Below are positions 1 through 15,878 of a DNA stretch of 64,000 nucleotides, one piece after another. Position 1 is the stretch's first letter, and each line of letters opens with the position of its first letter. A program made the translations under genes and the position numbers. The stretch is from Eledone cirrhosa (Eukaryota). The notes under the pieces were generated by a model. That model ran no database searches. It had not been told where the DNA came from and saw only the letters and a list, made by a program, of their open reading frames with translations. Location of the stretch: positions 38,192,001-38,256,000 of the forward strand of contig OZ024751.1 of assembly GCA_964016885.1 (NCBI GenBank). The letters are read 5' to 3'.

Positions 1-9
1 TGTATATAT

Positions 10-60
<51 letters not shown>

Positions 61-66
<6 letters not shown>

Positions 67-166
67 CGGGGTCATACTTTTTCCTATTACCCACTCTACT
101 ACCCTAAGTATTGAGTACTTTGGTGCGTCATGGTCCATCTGGTTCCTTACCACAATTCCTTCGTTA
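61..166 (+). mobile_element. Short PLE 3'-terminal fragment (family C) inserted in (TA)n
   Basis: Near-identical to 27838-27942 (+) and 30853-30960 (-); flanked by (TA)n; starts at TGCCGTC/GGGGTC, the HHR cleavage-site region seen in the 30.9 kb copy. Confidence 0.7.
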
Positions 167-223
<57 letters not shown>

Positions 224-765
224 TGTGTTCTCTCCGATATAGCTGTATACATATAGGTATGTGTATTTGTATATTTTGAAAGACTTTAGCTAAGAATTTT
301 GAAAATGACCTACTCTTTACGAAGGTAAGTGTATATACAAAAATAAGTACTATTGATTGTCAAATCCTCTGCAAGCATTTATCCTGGAATATTCTTCACA
401 ATAAACTTTTCAAATATCGCTCATCATCAATATTTGAAATATTTCTAATACCACTAACACTAATATTAATTATTATTGTTATTAATTCTTTGTAATTATA
501 GTTATAGTTATTTCATTAAAAAAATATAACAAACGATATAAGAAAATATTATTTTTTTTATTAATATTATTATTCGTAGTAGCAGTAGTGGTGGTATTAA
601 TAGCAGCATCAGCTGGGTTTTCTCTGAATGATATACAACTTTTCTTCCTTTTCTATCCAAATTACTTAAACTAAATTATTTTCAGACTTTTTCTGTCATT
701 ATATCTGCCACTATATAATTCTTCTAGACAATGGTACCGGTATATCTATCTTATTTCTCATTCTT

Positions 766-801
766 TCTTCTGATGAAGGACTAGCGCCCGAAACATTAAG
801 A
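766..801 (+). ncRNA. Minimal type I hammerhead ribozyme motif (degenerate)
   Basis: TCTT-CTGATGA-AGGactagcgCCC-GAAA-CA-TT-AAGA; stem I TCTT/AAGA, weak stem II. Confidence 0.55.
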
Positions 802-926
802 CCATCTGCCTGCCATATCACGCGTTAACCTAATATATATCCCTTTCATATACTGTACCGATTGTGTTGTTATTTCTGTTCACTTTTTACACATACACAC
901 ACACATACACATGCACGCACGCGCGT

Positions 927-1023
<97 letters not shown>

Positions 1024-1365
1024 GTGTGTGTGTGTGTGTGTGATGTGTGTGCGTGTGTTTATGTGTACATATTTCCAATTCGTGAGTTTTTGATGAATAC
1101 TACGATAAATATTGTAACAATTTGTGTTCCTTTTATTTACCCCAGTAACAATTTTTGTTTTTTTTACATGTTTACGTTTTTTTATGAAAGTATATTCCTG
1201 TCAGTTTATTTGAATCTCTCTGTCCAATTATGTATTCTTTTATTTCGCTATATATATACATTATATATATATATTATATATATACATTATATATATATAA
1301 TATATATATATACATTATATATATATAATATATATATACATTATATATATATAATATATATATAC

Positions 1366-1401
<36 letters not shown>

Positions 1402-1932
1402 GAGAGACAGAGAGAGACGTGTACTTATAAATCAAAATCTGACACGTTCTCTTACTATGTACTGAAGCACCCTTCACACATAACCATCACACACACACAT
1501 ATTTTTATATACATACATATATGTTAGTATGTACAACTCGATGTACATCAAGCTCAAACCAATGTACAAATGGTTATAGCGTTATAGTGACCAATGGGAA
1601 CGCTAAAGGATCTAAGTTTTCGCTATTTTATTGCTGATTCTTATAAAAGCTAAGCTGATATGATGCTATGATGTTACTCAGCATTCGTTTACTGAAATTG
1701 CATTGTACATCTTCCTGGTGATTCATCTTCAGTTGTATCAAAGTAATGACAGCTTATACGAAGGTAAATGCACTTTTGGAAATAGCGTATCCTTGTGGAA
1801 TATCGTGTGTACAGATAAATATCGAACGCTCTTTTGTCAGCGCTACGACGTTACGAGAAAACCAGACAGCAACAAAAAAATAAAATGCGTTCATATACTA
1901 TGATTATGTATGTGTATGCTGTATGTATATAC

Positions 1933-1966
<34 letters not shown>

Positions 1967-2048
1967 GTGCTATTGATTTTAGAAGATTCCGCATCCAATA
2001 AATTATCTTTGTCCACTTACAGAGTACTTTCCCCCTCCTGTTTATACT

Positions 2049-2182
<134 letters not shown>

Positions 2183-2304
2183 TGCATTCCTGTGCGCCTG
2201 TGTATACATGATTGCATGTATCTATTCTATTTTGATTTAGTTAAATTTAATTTTTCTGCATGAAATATATGTGAGTTAGAGTATATCGCTCCACACACAC
2301 CATG

Positions 2305-2336
<32 letters not shown>

Positions 2337-2339
<3 letters not shown>

Positions 2340-2528
2340 TTAATATAGATGAGATTCTACAGGACTAGAACTGTTTCATTCTTTAGAAATCCTCAGGAAT
2401 CTCCATGATTTCTAAAGAATGAAACAGTTCTAGTCCTGTAGAATCTCATCTATATTAACACTTTTATACTCTGCAATGTATTGAGTACCTTACTTACTGT
2501 GGTTACCTCCGATACAACCCGGAATAAC

Positions 2529-2529
<1 letters not shown>
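2337..2529. mobile_element. Fold-back PLE terminal element in (TA)n
   Basis: Perfect inverted arms 2340-2391 / 2407-2458, right arm extended about 70 nt; contains an HHR; (TA)n on both sides. Confidence 0.75.
2351..2403 (-). ncRNA. Type I hammerhead ribozyme
   Basis: Minus strand: GAGATTC-CTGAGGA-TTTCTaaAGAAT-GAAA-CAG ttctagtc CTG-TA-GAATCTC; 7-bp stem I, GUA cleavage triplet. Confidence 0.8.
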
Positions 2530-2566
<37 letters not shown>

Positions 2567-2800
2567 CATGGTAGAACGACAAGATGAGATTGATAGGGAG
2601 AAAGAAAGAGAGAGCTTGAACGTATATGCACATGTGCAGCTTCAATAAAGTTTCCTTTAGCCTCACCGTGCAAATAAAACCTCTGTTTAAATGACATAGG
2701 TCCTCCAGTACAAAGAACATAACATCTCAACTAGACCTGACACCGTCTTCACAAAATGGAGGGTCGTTTTGTTCATTCAAAGTTTAGATCCAGTTGATAT

Positions 2801-3091
2801 CTATCTATCTATCTAAGGCGGGTAAAATTCCCGAGATCCATGGACGAGTTCTCTCCAGCGGTCTCTGTCCCTCATTATCGCTGCCATGCCCTGCGTCTCC
2901 AACAGACTAGTGTCTGCCCTTAGAGCATCAACATACGTTAACCTTGGTCTTCCTCTTCTAGTGTGTCCATGTAGGGGCTCCCAAAGAGCTGTATGGGAGC
3001 ATCCCAAAAGTCAGCTCAAAAGTTACACAGAGGAGACTGAGGTTAGCTGGACATGCTCACCGACATCCAGAGTTGACATTGCACTCAGTGC
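2801..3091 (-). mobile_element. RTE-clade LINE 3' fragment with 5' inversion
   Basis: Minus 2813-2983 encodes [21 protein letters not shown]...[11 protein letters not shown] plus (TAGA)n tail; plus 2986-3093 encodes the preceding ELYGSIPKVSSKVTQRRLRLAGHAHRHPEL; TSD TCCA(G/A)TTGATAT at 2789-2800 and 3092-3103. Confidence 0.85.
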
Positions 3092-3708
3092 TCCAATTGA
3101 TATAATATATCTAATAATATATCTAAATGTAGCCGGTCTCCGTCGGTTTTGACGTGATGTGTTCCAATTATTTCGGTCAACGAGACAACCTGAAAATATC
3201 AGAGCCTTCCATGAACATATGTACTTTTTAACGCAATACTCAGGAAGATCCATTCTGACATTATGTTTGAGAAGGCTAGCTCTTTGAATTAAAAAAAATA
3301 CATCACATTTGCCAGCTGAGATCACCGACGAAATGAAACAAATTTTTAGCTGAAAAATATAATTGACCACCTGGGATACGAAACCTGTGATCATGAAATA
3401 ACAATTGTGTAAAATGCCTCCACGAACGTATGTCAATGACAGATTGCTACATGTAAAGTAGGATGGTTTGAACAAATGCATGAATGTTTCCGCTGGAATA
3501 TTTATCTCAGACACAAACACACACATATATATATATGTATATATATATATAATATATATATATTCTCTATATATATATTATATATATATATATTATATAT
3601 ATATATATATATAATCGATCCACTTTCGTCAAATCGGACCGAGGAAAAAATGTTTCCTTGGTCTTTCCAGTTGCTAGTACATTCTATCGGTCGCAACTCC
3701 AGGTTGAA

Positions 3709-3825
3709 GGAGCAACGTGAAATAAAGTGTCTTGCTCAAGGACATAACGCATCGCCTGGTCCAGGAATCGAACTCACAACCTCAAGATTGTGAATCCAAT
3801 TCTCTAACCACTCAGCTACACGCCT

Positions 3826-3829
<4 letters not shown>
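3709..3829 (-). mobile_element. tRNA-derived SINE with CORE-like domain
   Basis: Minus strand A box TAGCTGAGTGG, B box GTTCGATTCC, then TGTCCTTGAGCAAGACACTT (CORE-like); diverged relative at 13280-13388. Confidence 0.75.
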
Positions 3830-3875
<46 letters not shown>

Positions 3876-3945
3876 TATAAATAAATAAATATAAATAAAT
3901 ATATATATAAATAAATATATATATATATAAAAATAAATAAATAAA

Positions 3946-4976
<1,031 letters not shown>

Positions 4977-5037
4977 ATATATATATGTATATATATATAT
5001 ATGTACATATATAAATATATATATGTATACATATATA

Positions 5038-5575
5038 TTGTTATACTTTGGGAGGGTCATGTTGCCAATAAGAAACACACGCACCAGTTTTTTCACTTCA
5101 ATTTATTATATATTTATAAATTTATAAATTTACAAATATACAAATTTATAAATTTCTGGTTGGTTGGTTGGTTCCACAACCAGATAGTTGTTTATATATA
5201 GTCATAGTCCTTTCGTTACACACTCTGTGACCTCTTCAGTGACTGGGGATTCCTTTCTTTGTTTCTGTGCCTTTCCTTTCTTCTGTCCTATGCCATTTTG
5301 TTTCTGTTTGTTTCTGAAGAGGTCACAGAGTGTGTGACGAAAGGACTATGACTATATATAAACAACTATCTGGTTGTGGAACCAACCAACTAAACAGAAA
5401 TTTATAAATTTGTAGATTTGTAAATTTATAAATTTATAAATATATAATAAATTGAAGTGAAAGCAACTGGTGCGTGTGTTTCTTATTGGCGACATGACCC
5501 TCCCAAAGTATAACAATATCGGTTTCAACACACGATTTCAGATAAAGAATCTTGGTAAACAAATTCAGAAACGAT
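5038..5575. mobile_element. Fold-back PLE pseudo-LTR element (family A)
   Basis: Inverted arms about 5038-5239 / 5314-5519, right arm extended about 55 nt; HHR in both arms; homologous to 35997-37181. Confidence 0.8.
5200..5244 (-). ncRNA. Minimal type I hammerhead ribozyme (family A)
   Basis: AGTCA-CTGAAGA-G-GTCACA gagtg TGTAAC-GAAA-GGAC-TA-TGACT; partner copy at 5314-5353 (+) has perfect stem II but lacks the stem I 5' strand. Confidence 0.75.
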
Positions 5576-6598
<1,023 letters not shown>

Positions 6599-6688
6599 CA
6601 TATATATGTATGTATATATATATATATATGTATGTATATATATATATATACGTATGTATATATATATATACATATATATATATGTATG

Positions 6689-6727
<39 letters not shown>

Positions 6728-6758
6728 GTATGTATATATATATATATATATATGTATG

Positions 6759-6791
<33 letters not shown>

Positions 6792-6818
6792 ATGTATATA
6801 TATATATATATATGTATG

Positions 6819-6849
<31 letters not shown>

Positions 6850-6850
6850 A

Positions 6851-6917
<67 letters not shown>

Positions 6918-6918
6918 G

Positions 6919-6965
<47 letters not shown>

Positions 6966-7069
6966 GTATGTATATATATATATAACTTTGAATAACTTTG
7001 AAATGTTTTGGCCAGTATTGGCCCAGGCCATGTCTAACTTAATAGCACCACCTGGCGAAGTCTTTCAAT

Positions 7070-10000
7070 TCAGGATTTGGGCACCATGGCCCATTCGAGA
7101 AGAGAATTACTGTTTGCGGAGACATATCCGGGTGTGGGTGGTTTGTCCGGGATTACTTGGAGGAATTTGTTCAAAGACTTCTTGAATTTTGTGTGGTCAG
7201 TTTCTGTTTTGACGTGTCCTGGTGTGATGTTGAAGAGAGCAGGGCCGATTGAGGTGAAATAATTGTGCCGTATTGTTGTTATGAGTTGCGATTTAGATTT
7301 TTGAATGGGCCGGATAGCACGGGGCCCAAGCCTTGGATGTATCTTGAAGGCGATGCCAACATCATTTGGGCAGTGATGATGGAACATTTTCCACATCATG
7401 CAGATAATATAACGCTCACGGCGACGTTGGAGTGAGTAAAGTTTCAGGTTTTCTAATCGACCCCAGTAGTCAAGGTCTGACATGCCATCTATCTTTTTCG
7501 TGATTGCCCTTTGAGGAGCTTCAAGTTTCATGATACTTTGTTTCGTGTGGGGAGACCACAGTGGACAACAGTATTCAAGGTGTGGTCGGGCAAAAGTAGA
7601 GAAGAGAAGGATAATGGTGCGGGAATCTCTCGACTGGAAGGTTCTGAGGATCCAGGAACACATTCTGCGGGCCATGTCAACTTTGCTGCTTATATGCGTG
7701 GTCCAGCTTATGTTGCTGTCCACGGTTACTCCCAAGTCTCTGATGTTGTTAGATGCCACGAGAGTTTCCCCGGAGGGAAGGGAGTACGGGAGTTTCAGAG
7801 CATCCTCTTTTCCAAAGTGGATCAGTTCGAATTTGTCTTCGTTCAGTAACATGTTGTTCTTTTCCGCCCATTGGGTAACAGCCAGTAGGTCTGACTGAAG
7901 GCTTATCCGGTCATCCACGCCATTGATGATCTTTTGGAGCTTGGAATCATCAGCGAAAATTTTAATGTTGCTGTGTTTGATGATGTCAGTGATGTCATTA
8001 ATATAGATGATGAAGAGAAGTGGGCCCAACACAGTGCCCTGTGGGACCCCACTACTGACTTTGGCTGGGCTGGATTTGACTCCCTCAACTACAACATGTT
8101 GGGTTCTGTTCGACAGGAAGCTCTTGATCCACTGCAGCAGCTTTCCAGTGACACCAATATTGGACAGCTTTCTCAGTAGAATGTTATGATCAACCCTGTC
8201 AAAGGCCTTGCTGAAATCAAGGTAGATAACATCAGTGTTGGAACCCTCTCCCAAGGCTCTCAAAATGTCATCAAAGTTACGCAGTAGCTGCGTCAGGCAA
8301 TCCCTTCCATTACGGAATCCATGCTGGTTGGAGTTCAGCATATTGTTACTCTCAAGGAAGTGGGTCATTCGCGATCTCACCACTCCCTCAAATACCTTAA
8401 TTATATGAGAGGTGAGTGAGATTGGACGGTAATTCACGGCAAGGGATTTGTTTCCCTTTTTGAAAACTGGGACAACAGACTGGGATACAAGGTTTTCTGG
8501 CACATATCCAGCATCCAGTGAGTTCCGCCACAGATTGGCAAGAGGAGATGCAAGTTGGTGTTGACACGCCTTCAAGACACAAGCAGGGAACCTATCGGGA
8601 CCTACTGCTGAATTATGCTTGATTTCCTTTATTGCCGCCAAGACATCAGGGGCGCCAAACGTTATGTCCGATAAGGTGTAATGGGGAGTAACATCGCCGA
8701 TACAGCCCAGATCGGCCATATCAGGATTGCTGAAAACAGAGCAGTATTGTTTCTGCAGTATCTCACCCATGGTTTTAGCATTGTCTTGAAGAGTGCCATT
8801 TTCATCTATTAGAGGGCCAACAGTAGAGCCAGTGATTTTGTGTTTTTTTGCAAATGAAAAGAACACTTTGGGATTGAGTTTGATCTTCTCAATGGCCCAG
8901 GCCTCTTCAGCTCTTCTCTGATTGTTGATGAGGGACATTATGTTGTTTTGGAGGTTATGTTTTTTAATCTCTAGTGATGAAATGGCAGTCAAGTTGATGT
9001 GTTGCTGCTGACAGTATTTCAGCTTGTTGATTTTTTTGTTCGTTCTCTTAATTTTTCTGATGAGCGTTTTTCTATTTCTAGGGATTCTGCTCTTAGATTT
9101 GTTTATAGTTCTTAATGGGGTGTGTTTTGCACATATGTTTGTAACAGTGTCCACAAATGTCTTCCAGGACTTTTTGTTGTTAGTGGGTGTATGAGTGTGC
9201 GTGAAGGACCAGTCGATATGTGCAAGATCATGACTGATCGCTTCCCAGTTTGCATTGTGGAAATCCATAGCGTCAAACGGATGGACAGGAGAGATGACAT
9301 TGGGTTTGTATATTGGACGGTGGAATCTCAGATCACAGAGAACCATGTCATGATCAGAGAGTAGAGTTTTCTCCACTGCAATATTGTGGATATTGTCAGT
9401 GTGATTGCTGAAAATTAAGTCTAGGACGTTTTTGTGGCACCTCGTTGGTTCGAGCACCAGTTGGGATAGGAAGAAATCATCCATGAAGTCAAGAAGCGAT
9501 TCCACTGCTTCCCTGTCAGAGGTTGAGGCAGAAGAACCTGGTGGCAGGCTGTTTGTGGACCAGTCAACTCCGGGGCGGTTGAAGTCCCCCATCATTAAGA
9601 TGTTGTCAGGGTGACACTCTTGGATGAAACACTTTATGCTGTTGAGGCATTCCTTGAAGCATGGTACAGGTGTTTGGGGTGGCCTATAGAGCCCAACTAC
9701 TATTAGGTTGTTGGTTTGACTGAATACAGTGACTGCTTCACAGTATCCATTAGTGAATATGTTCATAGCCTCTGTCGAGAAAGAATTATGGACATAAATG
9801 GCAGTCCCACCCTTTCTTCTGCCAGCGCGATCAGCACGGATGGCTTTGAAATTTTTCACTTTCACCTCGTCTTCCAAGTGGAGGTTACTGAGATGGGTTT
9901 CAGTGAGGACGAAGAAAGGGATGTGGTTTGGATGGACATCAATCCAGTCCTCCAGGAATTTGATCTTCCATTTTTGAGTATTGGTGGAAGGGATGATGCC

Positions 10001-10090
10001 TTGGGCGTTAAGCAAAAATGTAGAGGCGAGAGTGGATGGTTTTAATTGTTTTGGTGTGTTGTTAATTTGTTTGTTTGTTAATGGCAGCAA
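7070..10090 (-). CDS. LINE ORF2: apurinic-like endonuclease + reverse transcriptase
   Basis: APE motifs LNAQG, LTETHL, YRPP, MGDFN, LDLIF, SDH; RT motifs [34 protein letters not shown]; C-terminal IPDKP..GY..NSLLEW. Uninterrupted; frame open from 10207; the start shown is TTG, not ATG. Confidence 0.95.
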   Translation of the reverse strand: MLPLTNKQINNTPKQLKPSTLASTFLLNAQGIIPSTNTQKWKIKFLEDWIDVHPNHIPFFVLTETHLSNLHLEDEVKVKNFKAIRADRAGRRKGGTAIYVHNSFSTEAMNIFTNGYCEAVTVFSQTNNLIVVGLYRPPQTPVPCFKECLNSIKCFIQECHPDNILMMGDFNRPGVDWSTNSLPPGSSASTSDREAVESLLDFMDDFFLSQLVLEPTRCHKNVLDLIFSNHTDNIHNIAVEKTLLSDHDMVLCDLRFHRPIYKPNVISPVHPFDAMDFHNANWEAISHDLAHIDWSFTHTHTPTNNKKSWKTFVDTVTNICAKHTPLRTINKSKSRIPRNRKTLIRKIKRTNKKINKLKYCQQQHINLTAISSLEIKKHNLQNNIMSLINNQRRAEEAWAIEKIKLNPKVFFSFAKKHKITGSTVGPLIDENGTLQDNAKTMGEILQKQYCSVFSNPDMADLGCIGDVTPHYTLSDITFGAPDVLAAIKEIKHNSAVGPDRFPACVLKACQHQLASPLANLWRNSLDAGYVPENLVSQSVVPVFKKGNKSLAVNYRPISLTSHIIKVFEGVVRSRMTHFLESNNMLNSNQHGFRNGRDCLTQLLRNFDDILRALGEGSNTDVIYLDFSKAFDRVDHNILLRKLSNIGVTGKLLQWIKSFLSNRTQHVVVEGVKSSPAKVSSGVPQGTVLGPLLFIIYINDITDIIKHSNIKIFADDSKLQKIINGVDDRISLQSDLLAVTQWAEKNNMLLNEDKFELIHFGKEDALKLPYSLPSGETLVASNNIRDLGVTVDSNISWTTHISSKVDMARRMCSWILRTFQSRDSRTIILLFSTFARPHLEYCCPLWSPHTKQSIMKLEAPQRAITKKIDGMSDLDYWGRLENLKLYSLQRRRERYIICMMWKMFHHHCPNDVGIAFKIHPRLGPRAIRPIQKSKSQLITTIRHNYFTSIGPALFNITPGHVKTETDHTKFKKSLNKFLQVIPDKPPTPGYVSANSNSLLEWAMVPKS

Positions 10091-10903
10091 TGGGAGTTTG
10101 TGCAGTGGGGTGATAGTGGAGGGTGGTGCTGGGTGATAGCTCGAATGTTTTTTTCCAGTTCTTTTGCCAGATTCATTATGGCTAAAAAAGAGGAAGAAGT
10201 TTCCTGTTTAGAAGACTGTTGGTGACTGTGGTAGTGGTTATTTTTATGTAGGTTATGGTTTTTGTTTTTGCTTTTATTTTTAATTTTATTTTCATTTGTC
10301 CGACGGGTCCCCGGGAGATGGGTAAAGGGACAATCCCGGTCTAAACACAATCTGTCTCGCAGGGAAAAGCGGCACATTTGTGGATTCCTTGTTTGAGTTA
10401 TTGGTGGTTGTGTTGGTGTTAAATTAGAGTATGTATTATGGTGGTGGCTGTTTGTGGGGATAGATCGTTTTGTCCTAGGTAAATGGGTGAATTTGCAGCC
10501 ACTATCCGTACATATTCTATAGCGTAGAGAGTAGTGGCAAATGATGGGGTTTCGAGTGGGTGGGTATGTGGGTGTGTGTGTTGTGAGAGGTGTAGATGAT
10601 GGTTTGAGTAGGATTTGACGACCTTTGTGGACTGTGGGAGGGAGAGTACTTGTTCTGGTATTAGAAGGTAAATTCCTTGAAATAGCAGTAGCCAAAGATG
10701 TTGTAGTAGTAATAGTAGGCAGAGAAGATGTTGGCAGTGGTGATGATTGGACTGCTGGGCCAGAGAAAGGATGTGGCGTTTCCTGCTGTGAGACAGAGGC
10801 TACTGGGAGGTCAATAGTTTCATTTAGTAGATCGGCCATTGTTGATGAATCAAGGAGTGGTTCACACTGTTGTTGTTGTAGCTGTTGTTGTTGTTGTTGC
10901 CGT

Positions 10904-10938
<35 letters not shown>

Positions 10939-11118
10939 GACAGCATTCGAAGAAAAAACACACCGTAGTTTATCCAAATGTTTATTGATTAATTTAAAAG
11001 CAATTTCGATTTGCTTTAATTTATTTTGAATCTGTTGTTCAGATCGAGTTTTCAAAAGTTGAACTGTACGTTTAGCAATGTCGTTCAGACATGAAGCATC
11101 TATGTCTTCTGTGTCTTC
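10078..11118 (-). CDS. LINE ORF1 (5'-truncated): coiled-coil-like segment, polyQ, Pro/Thr linker, two CCCH zinc fingers
   Basis: Open frame upstream of and overlapping ORF2; C-x8-C-x4-C-x3-H at 10483-10539 and 10318-10374. Confidence 0.8.
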
Positions 11119-11120
11119 TT

Positions 11121-12110
<990 letters not shown>

Positions 12111-12755
12111 GTTGTTATACTTGGGGAGGGTCATATTTGTGTAATATTGCCAGAATTAATAACAGAACACACTCACTGTTTGGTTGGTTTTGGCTTCTCG
12201 CTTCTGTGTCTTTTATATCGGTAATCTAAATAAATAAATAAATAAATAAATACATACAGAAGCACAATAACAACAAGCATATAAACACACACCAGTCACC
12301 CATCACACAGCAAACAAAACACTATACACACACGCAAACGCATGCGCAAAGAAGACAAAATAAAATAAACAAACAAGCAAATCAATATATATATAGACAG
12401 ACTGAATAAAAATGGCGTAGACATACAATACAACAGGAGGAAAATATAACACCACTGACGATGTTGCAGATGTGCAACGAAAGATTTATGATAAACTATA
12501 TATGTGTTTGTGTCTATATTGTATCTGTATTATTTTTGACCGTCGGTCAGTCAATGGCAACATTGAGGACCGAGTAAATTAGATTACCGAAATAAAAGAC
12601 ACAGAAGCGAGAAGCGAAAACCAACCAAACAGTGAGTGTGTTCTGTTATTAATTCTGGCAATATTACACAAATATGACCCTCCCCAAGTATAACAATATT
12701 TGTTTCGACACACGATTTCATATAAAAAACCTCGCAAAACTAATTCGTCGCCGCT
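12111..12755. mobile_element. Fold-back PLE pseudo-LTR element (family B)
   Basis: Inverted arms about 12112-12231 / 12577-12697, tail extension to 12755; terminus ATGACCCTCCCCAAGTATAACAAT resembles family A. Confidence 0.8.
12451..12493 (+). ncRNA. Minimal type I hammerhead ribozyme (family B)
   Basis: CA-CTGACGA-T-GTTGCA gatg TGCAAC-GAAA-GATT-TA-TG. Confidence 0.7.
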
Positions 12756-12766
12756 ATATATATATG

Positions 12767-12802
<36 letters not shown>

Positions 12803-12964
12803 TATATGTGTATATATATATATATGTGTATATATATATATATGTGTATATATATATATATACGTGTATATATATATATATGTGTATATATATATATGTG
12901 TATATATATATATGTGTATATATATATATGTGTATATATATATATGTGTATATATATATATGTG

Positions 12965-13061
<97 letters not shown>

Positions 13062-13279
13062 CAATGATGTATTGACACGAGTCGATATAAAGAAAACATT
13101 GATTCACGAAATTATTTCGTTGACTCAAAGAGGGAAGTAATAATTCAATATTGAAGGGGTTATTAACAGAATGCGTAGGCACCGTGAAGAATTCAGAGAG
13201 AAGATAACATCACTCTACACATTATGTGACAAGATTGATCCTTTGAAGTACAGATCCAACTGAGTAAACTGTAGAAGCT

Positions 13280-13388
13280 ACGTGAAATAAAGTATCTTGC
13301 GAAAAGACGCGACACACAGCCCAGAATCGAATTTATAACCTTTCATTCTTGAACCAAACACCCTAACCATCAAGCCAGCCACCTCCAT
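13280..13388 (-). mobile_element. Diverged CORE-like tRNA SINE
   Basis: Similar to 3709-3829 (GTGAAATAAAGT.TCTTGC...GAATCGAA...CTAACCA). Confidence 0.55.
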
Positions 13389-13582
13389 GCCCAATTACAT
13401 AAACAAGAAACCTTAGATATGACTAGACAAAAGAATACTTTTTCTAAGATAAATCAAAAACATGAAACTCTAATACTATGTATCTCAAGAATTATATCAG
13501 TCAGCATACACACCGTTTTCTTTTATATTATTATTTCATATTGTTTCAGAATAATCATTTTAATATACTGTGATATTACGGG

Positions 13583-13626
<44 letters not shown>

Positions 13627-15739
13627 TTAGATCTAGTTCTAGATACATGTATATGTTGTTGGAAAGTGGGAGTGGGATTTTAATATAAGATTACACCCAG
13701 ATGTAGATATGAAAGGGAATGTCTGAAGATAAACTGGTTATAAGAGATGATGCAGATGAAATGAAATTGCTGGGTAAGATTGGTAGTAATTTTGCTGAAG
13801 ATAAATTGAAGCAGCAGATTGAAAGAAGCACGTATTATTGTAGAAAAAGAACTGTAAATAATAAAGTAATTTTTAATAACCAGGAGGACTTGCAACTAAT
13901 TGCAATATTAAATTTGGCTTCTTTACAACATAGGTTATGTTAGCTGTAAATAATAGTAAAATAAAGAGAAAATTATTAATTTAAAAAGCAAAATTAGTTT
14001 AAGAATATTGAAGCACTGGAAAAATATGCAGAAAATAAGCCCGGCGGCGTATTGCTGATTTCTACGTGGCGTTAAAAAAAATTAAATTCTCGAAACTTCT
14101 CCAAAGTGTGTGGTTTTAATCAGGAAATATTAATATGTCTAAGGGCAGATTTAATAGGAAGGAACTGTCAAAAGATAAAGCTATGCTTGATAAGTATATA
14201 CTCAGTTGGTTACAGTTTATCCTTAGCAGATAAATCTGAAGGAAATAATAGTAATATAATTGTTATCTAGTCATTTTTAAGGATGAGTTTTAAAAGTCGG
14301 TTGAACGTCTGGAGATGTTGTTTCGGTTCACATAACCTTTTTCTGATTATTTGATTGAATTTCACAATCCTTCTATTGAAGTTTGGCAGACGTTACATTG
14401 CCCGAGTGATTTTAAATTTAATCTAAGAGAGGCGTTAGAATTTGTTTATATATTAATGCTATTTTTAACGGAATTTTTTATTTTTTATTTTGGTTTTTCG
14501 AAGATTTTCCAAAAACACGAATTAAATATTTAAATTAGAATTTTCAGGGTCAACTTTGTTTGTGCTGATTCAAGAAATATTATTTTACATAGCCACCAGG
14601 TTCACAACTAAGAAGGCAAACATATTTAATTGTACGTAAATACTGTGAGGTGCAGGTGGTGAAATCTATAGCGAATTTTAAGTACAGAGAATGTATGTAT
14701 ACCGACGTATGTACGTGTATTTTGAGATGTATGTGCGTATACATCTATGTTTTAAATAAAGAATGAAATCCACTGAGTCATCGAAATGTCATTCGATCAA
14801 TATCCGTAGAATTGGAGGTGCACAGCAAGAAACAAAGCTTCCTCCCTATCTCTTTCTCGGTCATAAGCTAACCTTATGCTTTCCATCATCTTCTCCCCTC
14901 CCCATCACTTGATGTCACTTAGCCACCACTTTCCTCCTCTTCTTATGCATCTTTTATCGTTTGTTCATCCATGCATGACCACATGCGTTAGAGGTATGAT
15001 AGAATAGTGTAGTGTTGTGTTACATGATCAAAAGACTTTCTGTCTTAACACGTGACAGAAAAAAAAATCGTGTTTCGCAGTTTCCAAACACTTTCGTCAG
15101 TTTAATATTCTTCGATATGAAATGAGAAATTCTTTCTAAAACATTCCATTTCCAAATCCTTGTTCCTTCATCTTTTTCAATGTCTAACATCCAGGATTCA
15201 TAATCATAAAAATAATATTGAAATTATTTTTGCAATCATAATACGATTTATTTATTGAATGATTATTAACAAGATTTTCAGGTTATTAAAAATTACTTTA
15301 TTATTTACAAATCTTTTTCAATCATTCCCAGCTATTTCCTTTCATCTGCATCGTCTCCTATAAGAACTTTCTATTTAAATTTCGTTGTGATTTTTTAAAA
15401 TAACGAGTAATGTTGTGGTAGAGTCATAGAATGCTTTACAGTCTTCATTCTCACTCAGACATCAAACCTCACTGAGCTCAATTTTGGGATTCATTCTTCG
15501 ATGCGATAGACTACTTCTCCAGAATTGGTGTTGATCTTCTTTATGGAAGAAACCAACCGAGCTACATCTATCAATATTTATACGGTTATCAAACTAAGTT
15601 CTTATAATGTTTGCTGAAGAAACAGAAATCATACATTAAAATACGAAAATATTCATGAACCACTCCTAGTTGGATCGCTTTAACTTTAGTAGAGCCTACA
15701 ATCATGTATAAATATTCCAGTAATCCTCAATATACGTAC

Positions 15740-15774
<35 letters not shown>

Positions 15775-15878
15775 TTCAGACCTATTGTAATCGATTAAGG
15801 GCTCGAAATGATCATTACAGAAAAACGTGCTAAGAGCGATTATGAATAAATATGTTAAACTTAAACTTAGTTCCGTGT

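Larger units (their letters stand above)
6983..11120 (-). mobile_element. CR1-group (Jockey superfamily) LINE, 5'-truncated, inserted in (TA)n
   Basis: ORF1 + APE-RT ORF2, short 3' UTR ending in (TTCAAAGTTA)x2; ORF1 frame runs into the TA tract at 11118-11121 with no 5' UTR. Confidence 0.92.

Noticed and set aside
3750-3829. Functional tRNA gene
   Set aside because: Acceptor stem is poor and it runs into a CORE-like SINE body; a decayed relative exists at 13.3 kb.
7077-11029. Plus-strand and alternate-frame ORFs over the LINE
   Set aside because: Shadow ORFs of ORF1/ORF2 with no independent motifs.
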